DNA of 63,963 nucleotides, counting the filler. It is 7 parts of 7 records of this genome, joined end to end, with 100 filler letters (N's around TTAATTAATTAA, not from the genome) between each part and the next. Parts side by side here need not be neighbours in the genome. Positions count along the whole stretch, not along the records: positions 25,548 to 35,475 come from SRR20825010_1948; positions 35,576 to 50,564 come from SRR20825010_1950; 5 more parts are not named here. One strand, 5' to 3'. Positions within the stretch are counted from its first letter, which is position 1. Each line of letters opens with the position of its first letter. The notes under the pieces were generated by a model, which did not search any database, was not told where the DNA came from, and worked only from the letters and a program-made list of their open reading frames with translations. A program made the translations under genes and the position numbers. Shown piece by piece: positions 30,340 to 40,619 of this stretch.

Positions 30340-32316
30340 CTATGAATTTTCTTCTGTCCTTACCATATGTCCGCTCTGAACTGCGGCCTCCGATATGGCG
30401 TCCAGCGCCTTCGGATTGACGAGCGACGAGGTATCGCCCAAAGGCTTGCCGAGGCAGACCGCGCGCACCAGCCGTCGCATCACCTTCATGTTGCGCGTCT
30501 TGGGCAGATCAGCGACGGTCAGGATGAATTTCGGGCGGTAGGGATAGCCGAGCCCGGCGATCACCGCATCGGACAGCTCCTTCTCGACGGCTGCGCCGGG
30601 CATCGCGTCCTTGTCCAGCACCACCACGCAGGCGACGCTTTCGCCCTTGATCTCGTCCGGAATGCCAATCGCCGCCGCCTCCCGCACTTTGCCGGTTGCG
30701 GTCAGAAGTGCTTCGATCTCCGACGGGCCGGTGCGCTTACCCGCGATTTTGAGCGTGTCATCGGAACGCCCCAGCACAAACCAGAAGCCTTCTTCATCCT
30801 GCACCGCCCAGTCGCCCTGACGCCAGCAGCCGGGAATATCCCTCCAGTAGCTGTCGAGGAAGCGTTCGTTATCCTTCCACAGCCCCCGGCTGAGCCCGAT
30901 GGAAGGATTGCGCAGGACCAACTCGCCCACATTGCCGGGCCCGACCGGGTTCCCCTCCATATCCACGATATCGGCCCCCATCCCCAGCACCGGGCCGGAA
31001 AAGGCGCAGGCCTTCATGGGGCGCAGGACGGAACCGGCCAGAATGCCGCCACCGATTTCCGTGCCGCCCGTATAGTTGATGATCGGCCCGTCTGATTTAA
31101 GAACATTTTCAAAGGTCCACCACCAGGCATCCGGCGTCCAGGGCTCCCCGGTGGAGGCGACAATCCGAATGGAGGAAATGTCATTGTCCCCCACCCCGGC
31201 GCCATGCATGAAGCCACGGATCAGCGTCGGCGCAACACCGAGAAAGGTGACGCGGTGTTTCTCGATCAGCCGCCACATGCGCGTACTATCGGGATAGTCC
31301 GGCGCGCCATCGGCAAGGACGAAGGACGCGCCCATCAGGGTTGCGCCGAACGCCAGCAGCGGCCCGACCAGCCAACCCATATCGGAAAACCAGATGATCC
31401 GGTCACTGCTTTTCATATCCATCATCAAGCCGAGATCGAGCGTCAGCTTGGCCGGAAAACCGCCATGGGTATGCACGGTTCCCTTCGGCTGGCCCGATGT
31501 GCCGGAGGTATAGACCAGCAGCGCGGGCGCTTCCGCCGACATCTCGGCATTCGGCATGTCCGTCGGCTGGCCTTTGCATAGCTCCTCCCAGTCAACATCC
31601 GTCTCGCCCATGGTGACGGGGTGGCCCGTCCGCCGGAGACAGACAACATTGCGGACACTCGGCGCGCGGGCGGACGCTGCATCGGCAAATTCCTTCATCG
31701 GCGCGGCCTGTCCGCGCCGCGTTGCTCCATCCACGGTGAGGATCGCAACCGCCTCCGACGCATTCAGACGAGCGAGAATGGCATCCACCCCGAAGCCGGA
31801 GAACAGCGGCATCACCACCGCGCCGATCTTCGGCACCGCCAGCAGGGCGGCGACTGCCTCATTCACATTGGGCATATAGACGGCTACCACCTCGCCGGGC
31901 TTCACGCCGAGCGATTGCAGGCCCGCCGCAAGGCGGGAGACTTCGGCGCTCAGCTTCTCATAGGTCCAGATGCGGGTCTCGCCCCCCTCGGAATCGCCAA
32001 GAATGGCGGGCGATGTCCAGACTTCGGTGCCGCGGTGACGGTCCAGCGAATTTTCCACGATGTTGGTTGTGCCGCCCACAAACCATTCGGGAAATTCGAT
32101 CCCCCGCGAGAGATCCATGATCTTCTCGTAGGGCTTCATGAAACGGAGCCGCCCGGCAATCACATTCCACCACCATTCCGGCTCTTCACTCGCACGCCGC
32201 ATCAGCGTGTCATAATCGGCGATGCCATGCTCGGCCATAAAGGCAACAAGGTTGCTTTGCCTGATCAGTTCCTCACCAGGTTCCCAGACGATGCTTTGAC
32301 GTGACAGTTCATTCAT
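30340..32316 (-). CDS. Acyl-CoA synthetase (acetate/acetoacetate-CoA ligase-like)
   Basis: YTSGTSGQPKG P-loop, GGTE, GD, GRSDDTLKIAGKR, LPKTRNMKVMRR. Confidence 0.92.
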   Translation of the reverse strand: MNELSRQSIVWEPGEELIRQSNLVAFMAEHGIADYDTLMRRASEEPEWWWNVIAGRLRFMKPYEKIMDLSRGIEFPEWFVGGTTNIVENSLDRHRGTEVWTSPAILGDSEGGETRIWTYEKLSAEVSRLAAGLQSLGVKPGEVVAVYMPNVNEAVAALLAVPKIGAVVMPLFSGFGVDAILARLNASEAVAILTVDGATRRGQAAPMKEFADAASARAPSVRNVVCLRRTGHPVTMGETDVDWEELCKGQPTDMPNAEMSAEAPALLVYTSGTSGQPKGTVHTHGGFPAKLTLDLGLMMDMKSSDRIIWFSDMGWLVGPLLAFGATLMGASFVLADGAPDYPDSTRMWRLIEKHRVTFLGVAPTLIRGFMHGAGVGDNDISSIRIVASTGEPWTPDAWWWTFENVLKSDGPIINYTGGTEIGGGILAGSVLRPMKACAFSGPVLGMGADIVDMEGNPVGPGNVGELVLRNPSIGLSRGLWKDNERFLDSYWRDIPGCWRQGDWAVQDEEGFWFVLGRSDDTLKIAGKRTGPSEIEALLTATGKVREAAAIGIPDEIKGESVACVVVLDKDAMPGAAVEKELSDAVIAGLGYPYRPKFILTVADLPKTRNMKVMRRLVRAVCLGKPLGDTSSLVNPKALDAISEAAVQSGHMVRTEENS

Positions 32317-32549
32317 TTTTTTATTCGCTCCAACGCAATTGAAATATGCTTCGAAAAGGAAGATTGAGTTATCATATTAAACTCTTAAATAGAAAAATTC
32401 GACATTTTTGAAGTATAAATTGTTGTTTTTCAGACGCTTACGAAGCGGGAATTTATTCAAAAAAAACTGACATGATTGTGATTAATCTCTCTGAACGGAA
32501 CTGCCTGAGAATGGGCACTTGAGGTGGCCTGACAGGCGTTGTCATCACC

Positions 32550-32894
32550 TTGCAGCGCAAAGGAGTTGAGGCGAAACTGGTGATTGCCGGTCATCCTGAC
32601 CAATACCGAAAACCCGATACCGATCTTTGCCAGCTGATTGCGCAGGCCAGATTCTGGTTTGATCAGTTGGCATCAGGGGAAGCCGGATCAGTGAAGGAAA
32701 TTGCCGAACGGGAAAAGGTGTTTGATACGGAGATCACCCGGGTACTTCCGCTTGCCTTTCTGGCGCCGGAGATTGTCGAGGACATTCTGAATGGCCGTCA
32801 GCCGGAGACGCTAATTGTCAAAGGTCTCAAGAGACTTAATCCGTTGCCAACAGACTGGCGCGAGCAGAAAAAGCGGCTCGGCTACCCTGATTAA
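32550..32894 (+). pseudogene. C-terminal fragment of a large serine recombinase (resolvase-family) gene
   Basis: LQRKGVEAKLVI, LIAQARFW, EIAERE, RVLPLAFLAPEIVEDILNGRQP..L and LP.DW.EQ resemble the C-terminal tail of alphaproteobacterial recombinases; catalytic N-terminus absent. Confidence 0.65.
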
Positions 32895-33070
32895 TCCCCA
32901 CATTATATCCATGGACTGGACGCTGAAACAGGGCGTCAGAGACGAATGCCGAATTGCGGCTTATTCACTCTCATGTGAGCGTCTCTGTTCTGATCGGATA
33001 TCGCCGAAGCCCCCGGAACTGCGGGGTTCAGGGGCGAACCTGGACTGGATCCAGGTTCGCCTCAAGATTA

Positions 33071-33282
33071 GTGGTGGAGTTAGAAGTCTCGAGCGAACCC
33101 GTCTCCGCTGTTTTCCCTGTTTATCAGGGAAAATACAGGAAAAATTGGCTATTTCGACGTAATTTCTACATAGAATACGCTATAACTACCTATTTTCATT
33201 ATATTTTTACCCATATTCCCTTCGAAAATAGCTGGGAAATATTTTCAAAGATCAGGGAAACATACTTTGAGAACAGGTAAAT
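33071..33282. repeat. Structured element end: tRNA-3'-like segment plus CAGGGAAA repeats
   Basis: Minus strand reads GGGTTCG...CTCCACCA; perfect inverted repeat TTTTCCCTG-N5-CAGGGAAAA at 33111-33133; related copies at 33136, 33232, 33253 and 33274. Confidence 0.55.
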
Positions 33283-33353
33283 ATTCTCGTTTCATATCTC
33301 CTCACCTATCAGATACCAGCTAATGAACTAGGGCCAATTCTTTCTGTTGTTTA

Positions 33354-35474
33354 TCAGAATCCGACAGCTTTTGAATGGGAAAAAGGACGCCCGCTCGTGA
33401 GGTTTGCCCCAATCTCGGCAATGCTTTTGGCATCAATCCCATAGTGCCTGTAAAGGTCTGCAACAGTGCCCGTTTGGCCAAAATGTTCGACGCCAAGACT
33501 GATCGTCTTATGCCCAGCAACTCCACCGAGCCACGACAATGTTGCCGGATGACCATCAATTACCGTGATAATCTTACAATGGCCTGGAAGCGGGTTCAGT
33601 AATCGTTCGATATGACTGGTCGCTTGCTGTTTTCCTTTGGAGCGGGACCTTTGGGCCGATTGCCAACCGGCATTCAACCGATCTGCAGAAGTGACTGATA
33701 GCACACCGATATCACGCCTCAAGCCACCGAGAATGCCCGCCGCTGTTATTGCCTCCGTTGCGACCGTTCCCTGATAGGCAATCACTATCTCCGCATTGGG
33801 GCCGGGTTCCTTTAACCAAGTTGCCCCATCGATAACTTCCTGTGCAAATTGCGGATTGATCTTTCTTGCCGGCTGTTCGATCTGACGCGTGGAAAGGCGC
33901 AAATAGACAGAACCGCCCGTCTCATCCCGAAGCCAGGTTCGCTCATCTGGATCTCCTTCGCCGTCACGCTGCATATAATCGAACGCCCATTGCATTATTA
34001 TGGCCAGTTCATCTGTAAACGCCGGTTCAAAACTCGCAAGACCATCTTGCGACAGTCCGATGAGCGGAGAAGCTATGGACTGATGCGCTCCGCCCTCCGG
34101 TGCCAGGGAGATTCCGGACGGCGTGGCCACAAGCATAAACCGGGCATCCTGATAGCATGCATAATTAAGCGCATCCAGTCCCCGGGATATGAACGGATCG
34201 TAGAGCGTCCCGATAGGTAGCAGTCGTTCCCCAAAAAGTGAATGGGACAAACCCGCCGCGCCCAGCAAGAGGAAAAGGTTCATCTCGGCAATTCCCAATT
34301 CAATATGCTGCCCTTCCGGCTTGAATTGCCATTTCTGTGTACTGGGAATACGCTCTTCACGAAACGTATCGGCAAGCTCATCACGCGCGAAAAGATGGCG
34401 TCGATTAACCCATGGGCCGAGATTGGTGGAAACCGTGACATCCGGCGACGTCGTCACAATACGGCTGGCTAAATCCGTTTTGGTTTTTGAGATATCATCC
34501 AGAATCTTGCCGAACGCGGCCTGCGTCGAGTTCGTAGCACCCTGCGCTGTCGGATTCTCTATTACACCCGCCGGGACATCAATATGGGCAGCGGAGTACC
34601 GACGGCGGCCTTTCGCGAAAAACGGCACGTCATCCAAAAAGCGCTGCAGGGTCTCGTCACTGGTTTCCAGGCCTTCGAAAGGATCCCATTCATGGCCGGA
34701 ACGGACATTCATTTGTGAGCGAAATTCCGTTATTTGCGCGTCATTCATCAACCCGGAGTGATTGTCCTTGTGTCCTGCGAGTGGTGTTCCCCATCCTTTC
34801 ACCGTATAGGCAATAAAGGCAACAGGTCGGTCATGGTCTATACCATTGAATGTCGTGCGGAGTGTCTCGAGGCAATGACCGCCAAGATTGCCCATCAGTT
34901 CCGAAAGTTCTTCATCCGACCGCTTGTCAAGAAGCGTCGTCACACTGCCTTGATCCCCGATTTCATCCATCAGCCTCTTGCGCCAGGCGGCCCCGCCCTG
35001 ATAACAGAGAGCGGAATAGAGCTGGTTCGGGCAGCGGTCAATCCATTGTTTCAATGCCTCACCGCCCGGTTCCTCAAAAGCGGCGCGTTGCAATGCACCG
35101 TATTTCAGTGTGACAACATCCCAGCCAAAGGCCTTGAAGACGGGTTCAATCCGGTCATACAGGCCTTCGCGGACAACACCGTCAAGACTCTGGCGATTAT
35201 AATCGATGATCCACCAGGTGTTGCGAAGATTATGCTTCCATCCTTCCTGCAGGCATTCATAGACATTTCCTTCATCAAGCTCCGCATCCCCCACGAGGGC
35301 AATCATCCGCCCTTCCGGGCCTAAATCTTTTGACCAGTCCTTGGCCCGGATATAATCTTGAACAAGCGAAGAAAAGGCTGTTATGGCGACGCCGAGCCCA
35401 ACTGACCCGGTGGAAAAATCCACATCGTCCACATCCTTTGTTCGACTGGGGTAGGATTGAGCGCCACCATAACC
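33354..35474 (-). CDS. AceE-like / transketolase-family 2-oxoacid dehydrogenase E1 (5' truncated)
   Basis: QSYPSRTKD.DDVDFSTGSVGLG, ThDP motif GDAELDEG...NRQSLD, ELGIAEMN, EGGAHQS, LGV.HFGQTG. Confidence 0.85.
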   Translation of the reverse strand, partial: GYGGAQSYPSRTKDVDDVDFSTGSVGLGVAITAFSSLVQDYIRAKDWSKDLGPEGRMIALVGDAELDEGNVYECLQEGWKHNLRNTWWIIDYNRQSLDGVVREGLYDRIEPVFKAFGWDVVTLKYGALQRAAFEEPGGEALKQWIDRCPNQLYSALCYQGGAAWRKRLMDEIGDQGSVTTLLDKRSDEELSELMGNLGGHCLETLRTTFNGIDHDRPVAFIAYTVKGWGTPLAGHKDNHSGLMNDAQITEFRSQMNVRSGHEWDPFEGLETSDETLQRFLDDVPFFAKGRRRYSAAHIDVPAGVIENPTAQGATNSTQAAFGKILDDISKTKTDLASRIVTTSPDVTVSTNLGPWVNRRHLFARDELADTFREERIPSTQKWQFKPEGQHIELGIAEMNLFLLLGAAGLSHSLFGERLLPIGTLYDPFISRGLDALNYACYQDARFMLVATPSGISLAPEGGAHQSIASPLIGLSQDGLASFEPAFTDELAIIMQWAFDYMQRDGEGDPDERTWLRDETGGSVYLRLSTRQIEQPARKINPQFAQEVIDGATWLKEPGPNAEIVIAYQGTVATEAITAAGILGGLRRDIGVLSVTSADRLNAGWQSAQRSRSKGKQQATSHIERLLNPLPGHCKIITVIDGHPATLSWLGGVAGHKTISLGVEHFGQTGTVADLYRHYGIDAKSIAEIGANLTSGRPFSHSKAVGF

Positions 35475-35475
35475 C

Positions 35476-35575
35476 NNNNNNNNNNNNNNNNNNNNNNNNN
35501 NNNNNNNNNNNNNNNNNNNTTAATTAATTAANNNNNNNNNNNNNNNNNNNNNNNNNNNNNNNNNNNNNNNNNNNN
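35476..35575. other. Artificial contig spacer
   Basis: N44-TTAATTAATTAA-N44. Confidence 0.98.
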
Positions 35576-35650
35576 CAGTCCGGCGGACGGCCCGCGCGCT
35601 ATGCCGAGGGTTTCCAGTCCGTGTTCCCGCGCACCGTCGATGAGCTGTGA
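35576..35650 (+). CDS. Last 24 codons of a probable PIG-L-family 4-oxalomesaconate hydratase (GalB-like)
   Basis: Translates QSGGRPARYAEGFQSVFPRTVDEL*, resembling GalB C-termini as I recall them; galC/galD context supports it; not in the ORF track. Confidence 0.55.
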   Translation, partial: QSGGRPARYAEGFQSVFPRTVDEL

Positions 35651-35652
35651 TC

Positions 35653-36615
35653 ATGAGCGAGCCCTGTTTTGACGTCGCTCATCTCGGCCATGTCGAACTG
35701 CTGACGGACAAGTTCGAGGAAAGTCTGAACTTCTTCGTGAATATCTACGGGCTGACCGAGAGCGGCCGGGACACGGACTCCGTCTATCTCCGCGCCTTCG
35801 ACGATTACGAGTTTCACACGCTGAAGCTGACACGCTCCGACACCACCGGCGTCGGTCATATCGGCTACAGGACGAGTTCTCCGGAAGCGCTGGAGCGGCG
35901 TGTAAAGGTCATCGAGGAGATGGGCTGCGGTATCGGCTGGGTCGATGGCGATCCCGGCCACGGCCGGGCCTACCGCTTCACCGATCCGGACGGCCATATC
36001 TTCGAGCTCTATTACGACACGAACAAATACGTCGCCCCGCCGGAGGAAAAGTCGGCGCTGAAGAACATCGCCCAACGCTTCCACGGGCGCGGTGTCGGTG
36101 TCCGCAGGCTCGACCACCTGAACCTGCTGGCAACGAACGTCGAAGCGATCCGCGACTTCATGCAACAGGTTCTCGGCTCCCGCGTGACCGAACAGATCAT
36201 GCTCGACAGCGGCACCCTTGCCGGGTGCTGGTTCACGGTGAACAACAAGACTTACGACATCGCCTATACGCAGGATCATACCGGGGTCAAAGGCCGGTTC
36301 CATCATGTGACTTACGCGGTGGACCAGCGCGAGGAGATCCTGCGCGCCGCCGACATCTTTCTGGAAAACGGCGTCTATATCGAAACCGGCCCGCACAAGC
36401 ACGCAGTCCAGGGCACCTTCTTCCTCTACGTCTATGAGCCCGCCGGAAACCGGGTCGAGGTCGCCAATGCCGGCGCCCGCCTGATCCTTGCGCCGGACTG
36501 GGAGACCGTCACCTGGACCGAAAGCGATCGTAAAAAAGGGCAGGCTTGGGGCCTGAAAACAATCCCATCGTTCCACACCCACGGAACACCGCCCGTTGCA
36601 GAAGGAAGCCACTGA
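35653..36615 (+). CDS. VOC-superfamily extradiol dioxygenase (catechol 2,3-dioxygenase type)
   Basis: [43 protein letters not shown] metal-ligand pattern. Confidence 0.9.
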   Translation: MSEPCFDVAHLGHVELLTDKFEESLNFFVNIYGLTESGRDTDSVYLRAFDDYEFHTLKLTRSDTTGVGHIGYRTSSPEALERRVKVIEEMGCGIGWVDGDPGHGRAYRFTDPDGHIFELYYDTNKYVAPPEEKSALKNIAQRFHGRGVGVRRLDHLNLLATNVEAIRDFMQQVLGSRVTEQIMLDSGTLAGCWFTVNNKTYDIAYTQDHTGVKGRFHHVTYAVDQREEILRAADIFLENGVYIETGPHKHAVQGTFFLYVYEPAGNRVEVANAGARLILAPDWETVTWTESDRKKGQAWGLKTIPSFHTHGTPPVAEGSH

Positions 36616-37286
36616 TGGCCGTCGTCGTCCAGAATATCGAGCGGGCCGATCCCGCAGTGATCAAGGCTCTCGGCGAATGCGGGGTTGCCTCCGTGCATGA
36701 AGCGCAGGGCCGCAAGGGCCTGCTCGCCTCCTACATGCGGCCGATCTATTCCGGGGCCTCCATCGGCGCCTCGGCGGTCACCATTCTGGCCCCGCCCTGC
36801 GACAACTGGATGATCCATGTCGCCATCGAGCAGCTGCAGCCGGGCGACGTGATGGTGATGGCCACCACCTCGCCGTCCGACGCGGGATATTTCGGCGATC
36901 TGCTGGCCACCTCCGCGAAAGCCCGCGGTGCCGTCGGCATGGTGCTCGACGCCGGGGTCCGGGACGTGCGCGATCTGACCGAGATGGGCTTCCCTGTCTG
37001 GTCCAAGGCCATCGGCGCCCAGGGCACGGTGAAGGAGACTCTCGGCTCGGTGAATGTGCCGGTGGTTTGCGCAGGAGCCCAGGTCAATCCGGGTGATGTC
37101 ATCGTTGCCGACGATGACGGGGTCTGCGTTGTCCGCCGCGAGGAAGCAGCCGAGGTGCTGGAGAAAACCCGCGCCCGGATCGCGCTCGAGGAAGAAAAAC
37201 GGCAGAAGCTTGCCAGTGGCGTGCTCGGCCTCGACATGTACGACATGCGCGGCAAGCTGGCCGAAAAGGGCCTGAAATATGTCTGA
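36615..37286 (+). CDS. ligK: 4-carboxy-4-hydroxy-2-oxoadipate aldolase / oxaloacetate decarboxylase (LigK/GalC)
   Basis: [52 protein letters not shown] (RraA-like fold); TGATG coupling. Confidence 0.92.
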   Translation: MAVVVQNIERADPAVIKALGECGVASVHEAQGRKGLLASYMRPIYSGASIGASAVTILAPPCDNWMIHVAIEQLQPGDVMVMATTSPSDAGYFGDLLATSAKARGAVGMVLDAGVRDVRDLTEMGFPVWSKAIGAQGTVKETLGSVNVPVVCAGAQVNPGDVIVADDDGVCVVRREEAAEVLEKTRARIALEEEKRQKLASGVLGLDMYDMRGKLAEKGLKYV

Positions 37287-38334
37287 CGGCATCCGCGCCA
37301 TGTGGATGCGGGGCGGGACATCGAAGGGCGGCTATTTCCTCGCCTCGGACCTGCCCGCCGACAGCGCGGAACGGGACCGGCTGCTGCTCCGGATCATGGG
37401 CTCGCCCGACCCACGACAGATCGACGGGCTTGGCAGCGCCGATCCTCTGACATCGAAGATCGCCGTGGTGAAAAAGTCGGAGCGTCCGGGGATTGATGTC
37501 GATTATCTGTTCCTGCAGGTCTTCGTCGATCAGGCCATCGTCACCGACACCCAGAACTGCGGCAATATCCTGGCCGGTATCGGCGGTTTCGCGATCGAGC
37601 GGGGGCTCGTCCCCGCGCGGGACGACAAGACGCCGGTGACGATCTTCATGGAAAATACCGATCAGACCGCAGTCGCCGTGATCGAGACGCTGGGCGGGCA
37701 GGTCCGCTATGACGGCACGGCCCGGATCGACGGCGTGCCGGGCACCGCGAGCCCGGTCGAGATCACCTTCCGCGACACGGCCGGGAGTACCTGCGGCGCC
37801 CTGCTGCCGACCGGCAATGCCGCCGATATGATCGACGGAACGGAAGCCACCCTGATCGATAACGGCATGCCCTGCGTGATCCTGCGTGCGGTGGATCTCG
37901 GCATTTCCGGGACCGAGACGCGGGAAGAGCTGGAAGCCGATGACGCGCTGAAAGCCCGGCTGGAGGCGATCCGCCTGAAAGCCGGCCCGCTGATGAATCT
38001 GGGCGATGTCACCGACAAATCAGTACCGAAGATGACCATGCTGTCTCCACCGCGGTCGGGCGGCGCGATCTCGACACGCACCTTCATCCCGCATCGCTGC
38101 CACGCCTCCATCGGTGTGCTCGGCGCGGTCAGCGTCGCCACCGCTTGCCTCATCGAAGGCGCGGTCGGCTCGGAGATGGCAGTCATCCCCGAAGGCGCCC
38201 GCAAAAGCATGCCGATCGAGCACCCCATTGGCGAGACCACGGTCATTGCGGAGATGGACGAGACGGGAAGCGTTATCGCCTCCGGAATTTTACGGACCGC
38301 CCGGAAGCTTTTCGACGGTATTGTCTTTCCATAA
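37279..38334 (+). CDS. galD: 4-oxalomesaconate tautomerase (GalD/LigU/FldA, PrpF family)
   Basis: [50 protein letters not shown]. Confidence 0.88.
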   Translation: MSDGIRAMWMRGGTSKGGYFLASDLPADSAERDRLLLRIMGSPDPRQIDGLGSADPLTSKIAVVKKSERPGIDVDYLFLQVFVDQAIVTDTQNCGNILAGIGGFAIERGLVPARDDKTPVTIFMENTDQTAVAVIETLGGQVRYDGTARIDGVPGTASPVEITFRDTAGSTCGALLPTGNAADMIDGTEATLIDNGMPCVILRAVDLGISGTETREELEADDALKARLEAIRLKAGPLMNLGDVTDKSVPKMTMLSPPRSGGAISTRTFIPHRCHASIGVLGAVSVATACLIEGAVGSEMAVIPEGARKSMPIEHPIGETTVIAEMDETGSVIASGILRTARKLFDGIVFP

Positions 38335-38367
38335 GAAACTGAAAATCCCTTCCTACGGAAACGCACC

Positions 38368-39255
38368 ATGACACAACGCATCACTTTCATCGGCTTCGGC
38401 GAAGCCGCAACGGCCTTTGTCGACGGCTGGACGGACGTCACAGATATCCGCGCCTTCGACATCAAGACGGATGACGAGGCCCAGCGCCCCACCCTGCTTT
38501 CCCGCTACCAGAAACATGGCGTCGCCGGGCGGCTCAGTGTGCAGGAAGCCGTCACGGACGCGGACATGGTGTTCTGTACCGTTACTGCCGACCAGGCGCC
38601 GGTAGCGGCACAAGCCGCCGCCCCGTATCTGAAACCGGGCGCACTCTGGTTCGACATGAATTCCTGCGCCCCGTCCTCGAAGCGTCAGGCGGCGGAGACA
38701 ATCGAGGCCGCCAGTGCACGCTATGTCGATGTCGCCGTCATGGCCCCGGTCTATCCGCAGCAGAACCTTGCGCCCCTGCTGCTGGCGGGACCGCACGCGA
38801 CCGAGGCAGAGCCGCTTCTGAAAGCCTTGCCGATGGCACCGGCAATCGTCGAGGGTCCGGTCGGATCGGCATCCTCGATCAAGATGATCCGCTCGATCAT
38901 GATGAAAGGGCTGGAGGCACTGACCGCCGAATGCGTTCTTGCCGCCGTCAATGCCGGGGTCGACGAGGCTGTGCTGTCCTCTCTCGGGAAGACTTACCCC
39001 GGCATCGATTGGCCCAAGCAGTCCGCCTACAACCTGGAACGCTCTCTCGTTCATGGCGCGCGCCGCGCTGCGGAGATGCGGGAAGTCGCCAAGACCGTGT
39101 CGGATCTTGGGTTTCCGTCCGATATGGCCACCGCCACTGTTGCCTGGCAGGAACGCCTGGGAGCAGTGGAACGCGACAAGGAGCTCGATCTGGAAGCTGC
39201 GGACTACCGCACGATCGTCGCTGATATCACCCCCGGCCTGCGTCATAAGGACTGA
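38368..39255 (+). CDS. NAD(P)-dependent oxidoreductase (6PGDH/3HIBADH-like, DUF1932-type)
   Basis: IGFGEA Rossmann motif, DMNSCAP, DVAVMAPV, KMIRSIMMKGLEAL, HGARRAAEM. Confidence 0.82.
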   Translation: MTQRITFIGFGEAATAFVDGWTDVTDIRAFDIKTDDEAQRPTLLSRYQKHGVAGRLSVQEAVTDADMVFCTVTADQAPVAAQAAAPYLKPGALWFDMNSCAPSSKRQAAETIEAASARYVDVAVMAPVYPQQNLAPLLLAGPHATEAEPLLKALPMAPAIVEGPVGSASSIKMIRSIMMKGLEALTAECVLAAVNAGVDEAVLSSLGKTYPGIDWPKQSAYNLERSLVHGARRAAEMREVAKTVSDLGFPSDMATATVAWQERLGAVERDKELDLEAADYRTIVADITPGLRHKD

Positions 39256-39451
39256 CGCCACTCCAACACTCTATGCATAAAACTTATGCAGTGCGTTCGT
39301 ATTGAATTTGAAGCCGCATGGGCTTCGGTCAACACTCGCTCACATGTGTGCCGTGCCAATCGGGCGCGGGCAGAAGTCTGAATATCAATCGGGCGCCACA
39401 CGATTAGCGAACACAATTCCATCAACGTATGGAATGTATGGGAGGACCATA

Positions 39452-40546
39452 ATGAACTGGACAACACGCTTCCGCTCCGTAGCGGCAGGCGTCGGCATGC
39501 TTGCCGTTGGAGCCTCCGCTCCGGCCTTTGCCGACGGTCTCGACCTTTCCGGAAAAACAGTCAATTTCGTGATCCCCTTCTCGGAGTCCGGCGGGTCCGC
39601 GAAATGGGCGAACTTCTACGCACCTCTGCTGAGCGAAGCTCTGCCGGGCAAGCCGACCGTCGCGGTCAAATACATGCCCGGCGCCGGGTCCACCAAGGGC
39701 GCGAACTGGTTCCAGAAGCAGAGATACGAAGACGGAACCACAATTTTCGGCTCCTCCGGCTCGACCCAGTTCCCCTACATGCTCGACGATCCCCGCGTGC
39801 GCTTTGAGTATAACGACTGGCACGTCGTGCTGGCCTCCGGTGTCGGCGGCGTTGCCTATCTGCCGCCGGATATTGCCAAGAAGTTCGACGGCGATGCGGA
39901 CGACCTGAAGGACATCAATTTCATCTGGGGCTCCCAGGGCGCGACACGGCTCGATCTGGTGCCGCTTCTGGCCTGGGAAATGCTCGGCATGAAGGTGGAG
40001 CCGGTATTCGGCATCAAGGGCCGTGGCGACGGCCGGCTGATGTTTGAACGCGGCGAGGCCAATATCGACTATCAAACCTCTCCGGCCTATCTGAAAGCCG
40101 TTGTCCCGCTGATCGAAGCCGGCAAGGCCGTGCCGATGATGAGCTGGGGTGCGCTTGACGCCAATGGCGACATCGTCCGCGATCCGACCTTCCCGGATAT
40201 CCCGACCTTCAAGGAAGTCTGCGAGGCGACCGCCGCCTGCGATACTTCCAGCGACGCATGGTCCGCCTGGAAAGCCTTCTTCATTGCAGGCTTCCCCGCA
40301 CAGAAAATGGTCTTCCTGCCGCAGGGCGCACCACAGGAAGCCCTCGACACCTATCAGAAAGCCTTCGAAGCAGTGCTCGCCCGCCCCGACTTCAAGAAGT
40401 TGTCGGAAGCCCGGCTCGGGATCTATCCGCAGCTCACCGGCAAGCAGGCGGAAGCAACGCTGAAGCTCGGCACCCAAGTCAGCCCGAAAGCGAAAGCCTT
40501 CGTGAAGAACTGGCTGGATGAACGTTACGGCGTGAAGCTGAACTGA
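39452..40546 (+). CDS. Tripartite tricarboxylate transporter substrate-binding protein (TctC-like)
   Basis: GGAGG RBS, signal peptide, IPFSESGGS, PGAG, RDPTFPDIPTF; upstream of a TctA gene. Confidence 0.85.
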   Translation: MNWTTRFRSVAAGVGMLAVGASAPAFADGLDLSGKTVNFVIPFSESGGSAKWANFYAPLLSEALPGKPTVAVKYMPGAGSTKGANWFQKQRYEDGTTIFGSSGSTQFPYMLDDPRVRFEYNDWHVVLASGVGGVAYLPPDIAKKFDGDADDLKDINFIWGSQGATRLDLVPLLAWEMLGMKVEPVFGIKGRGDGRLMFERGEANIDYQTSPAYLKAVVPLIEAGKAVPMMSWGALDANGDIVRDPTFPDIPTFKEVCEATAACDTSSDAWSAWKAFFIAGFPAQKMVFLPQGAPQEALDTYQKAFEAVLARPDFKKLSEARLGIYPQLTGKQAEATLKLGTQVSPKAKAFVKNWLDERYGVKLN

Positions 40547-40561
40547 TCAGGCTTGTGCAAG

Positions 40562-40589
40562 CGCCCCCGGACCAATCTGTCCGGGGGCG
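40562..40589 (+). terminator. Intercistronic hairpin
   Basis: CGCCCCCGGAC/GTCCGGGGGCG 11-bp stem after the SBP gene. Confidence 0.6.
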
Positions 40590-40619
40590 GGCTGATTTTA
40601 TTTCTCCAGGGACTTCATC

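Noticed and set aside
33071-33105. Possible tRNA gene on the minus strand
   Set aside because: Only a T-loop-like motif and CCACCA end are present; no D or anticodon arm can be folded. Kept only as a tRNA-like segment
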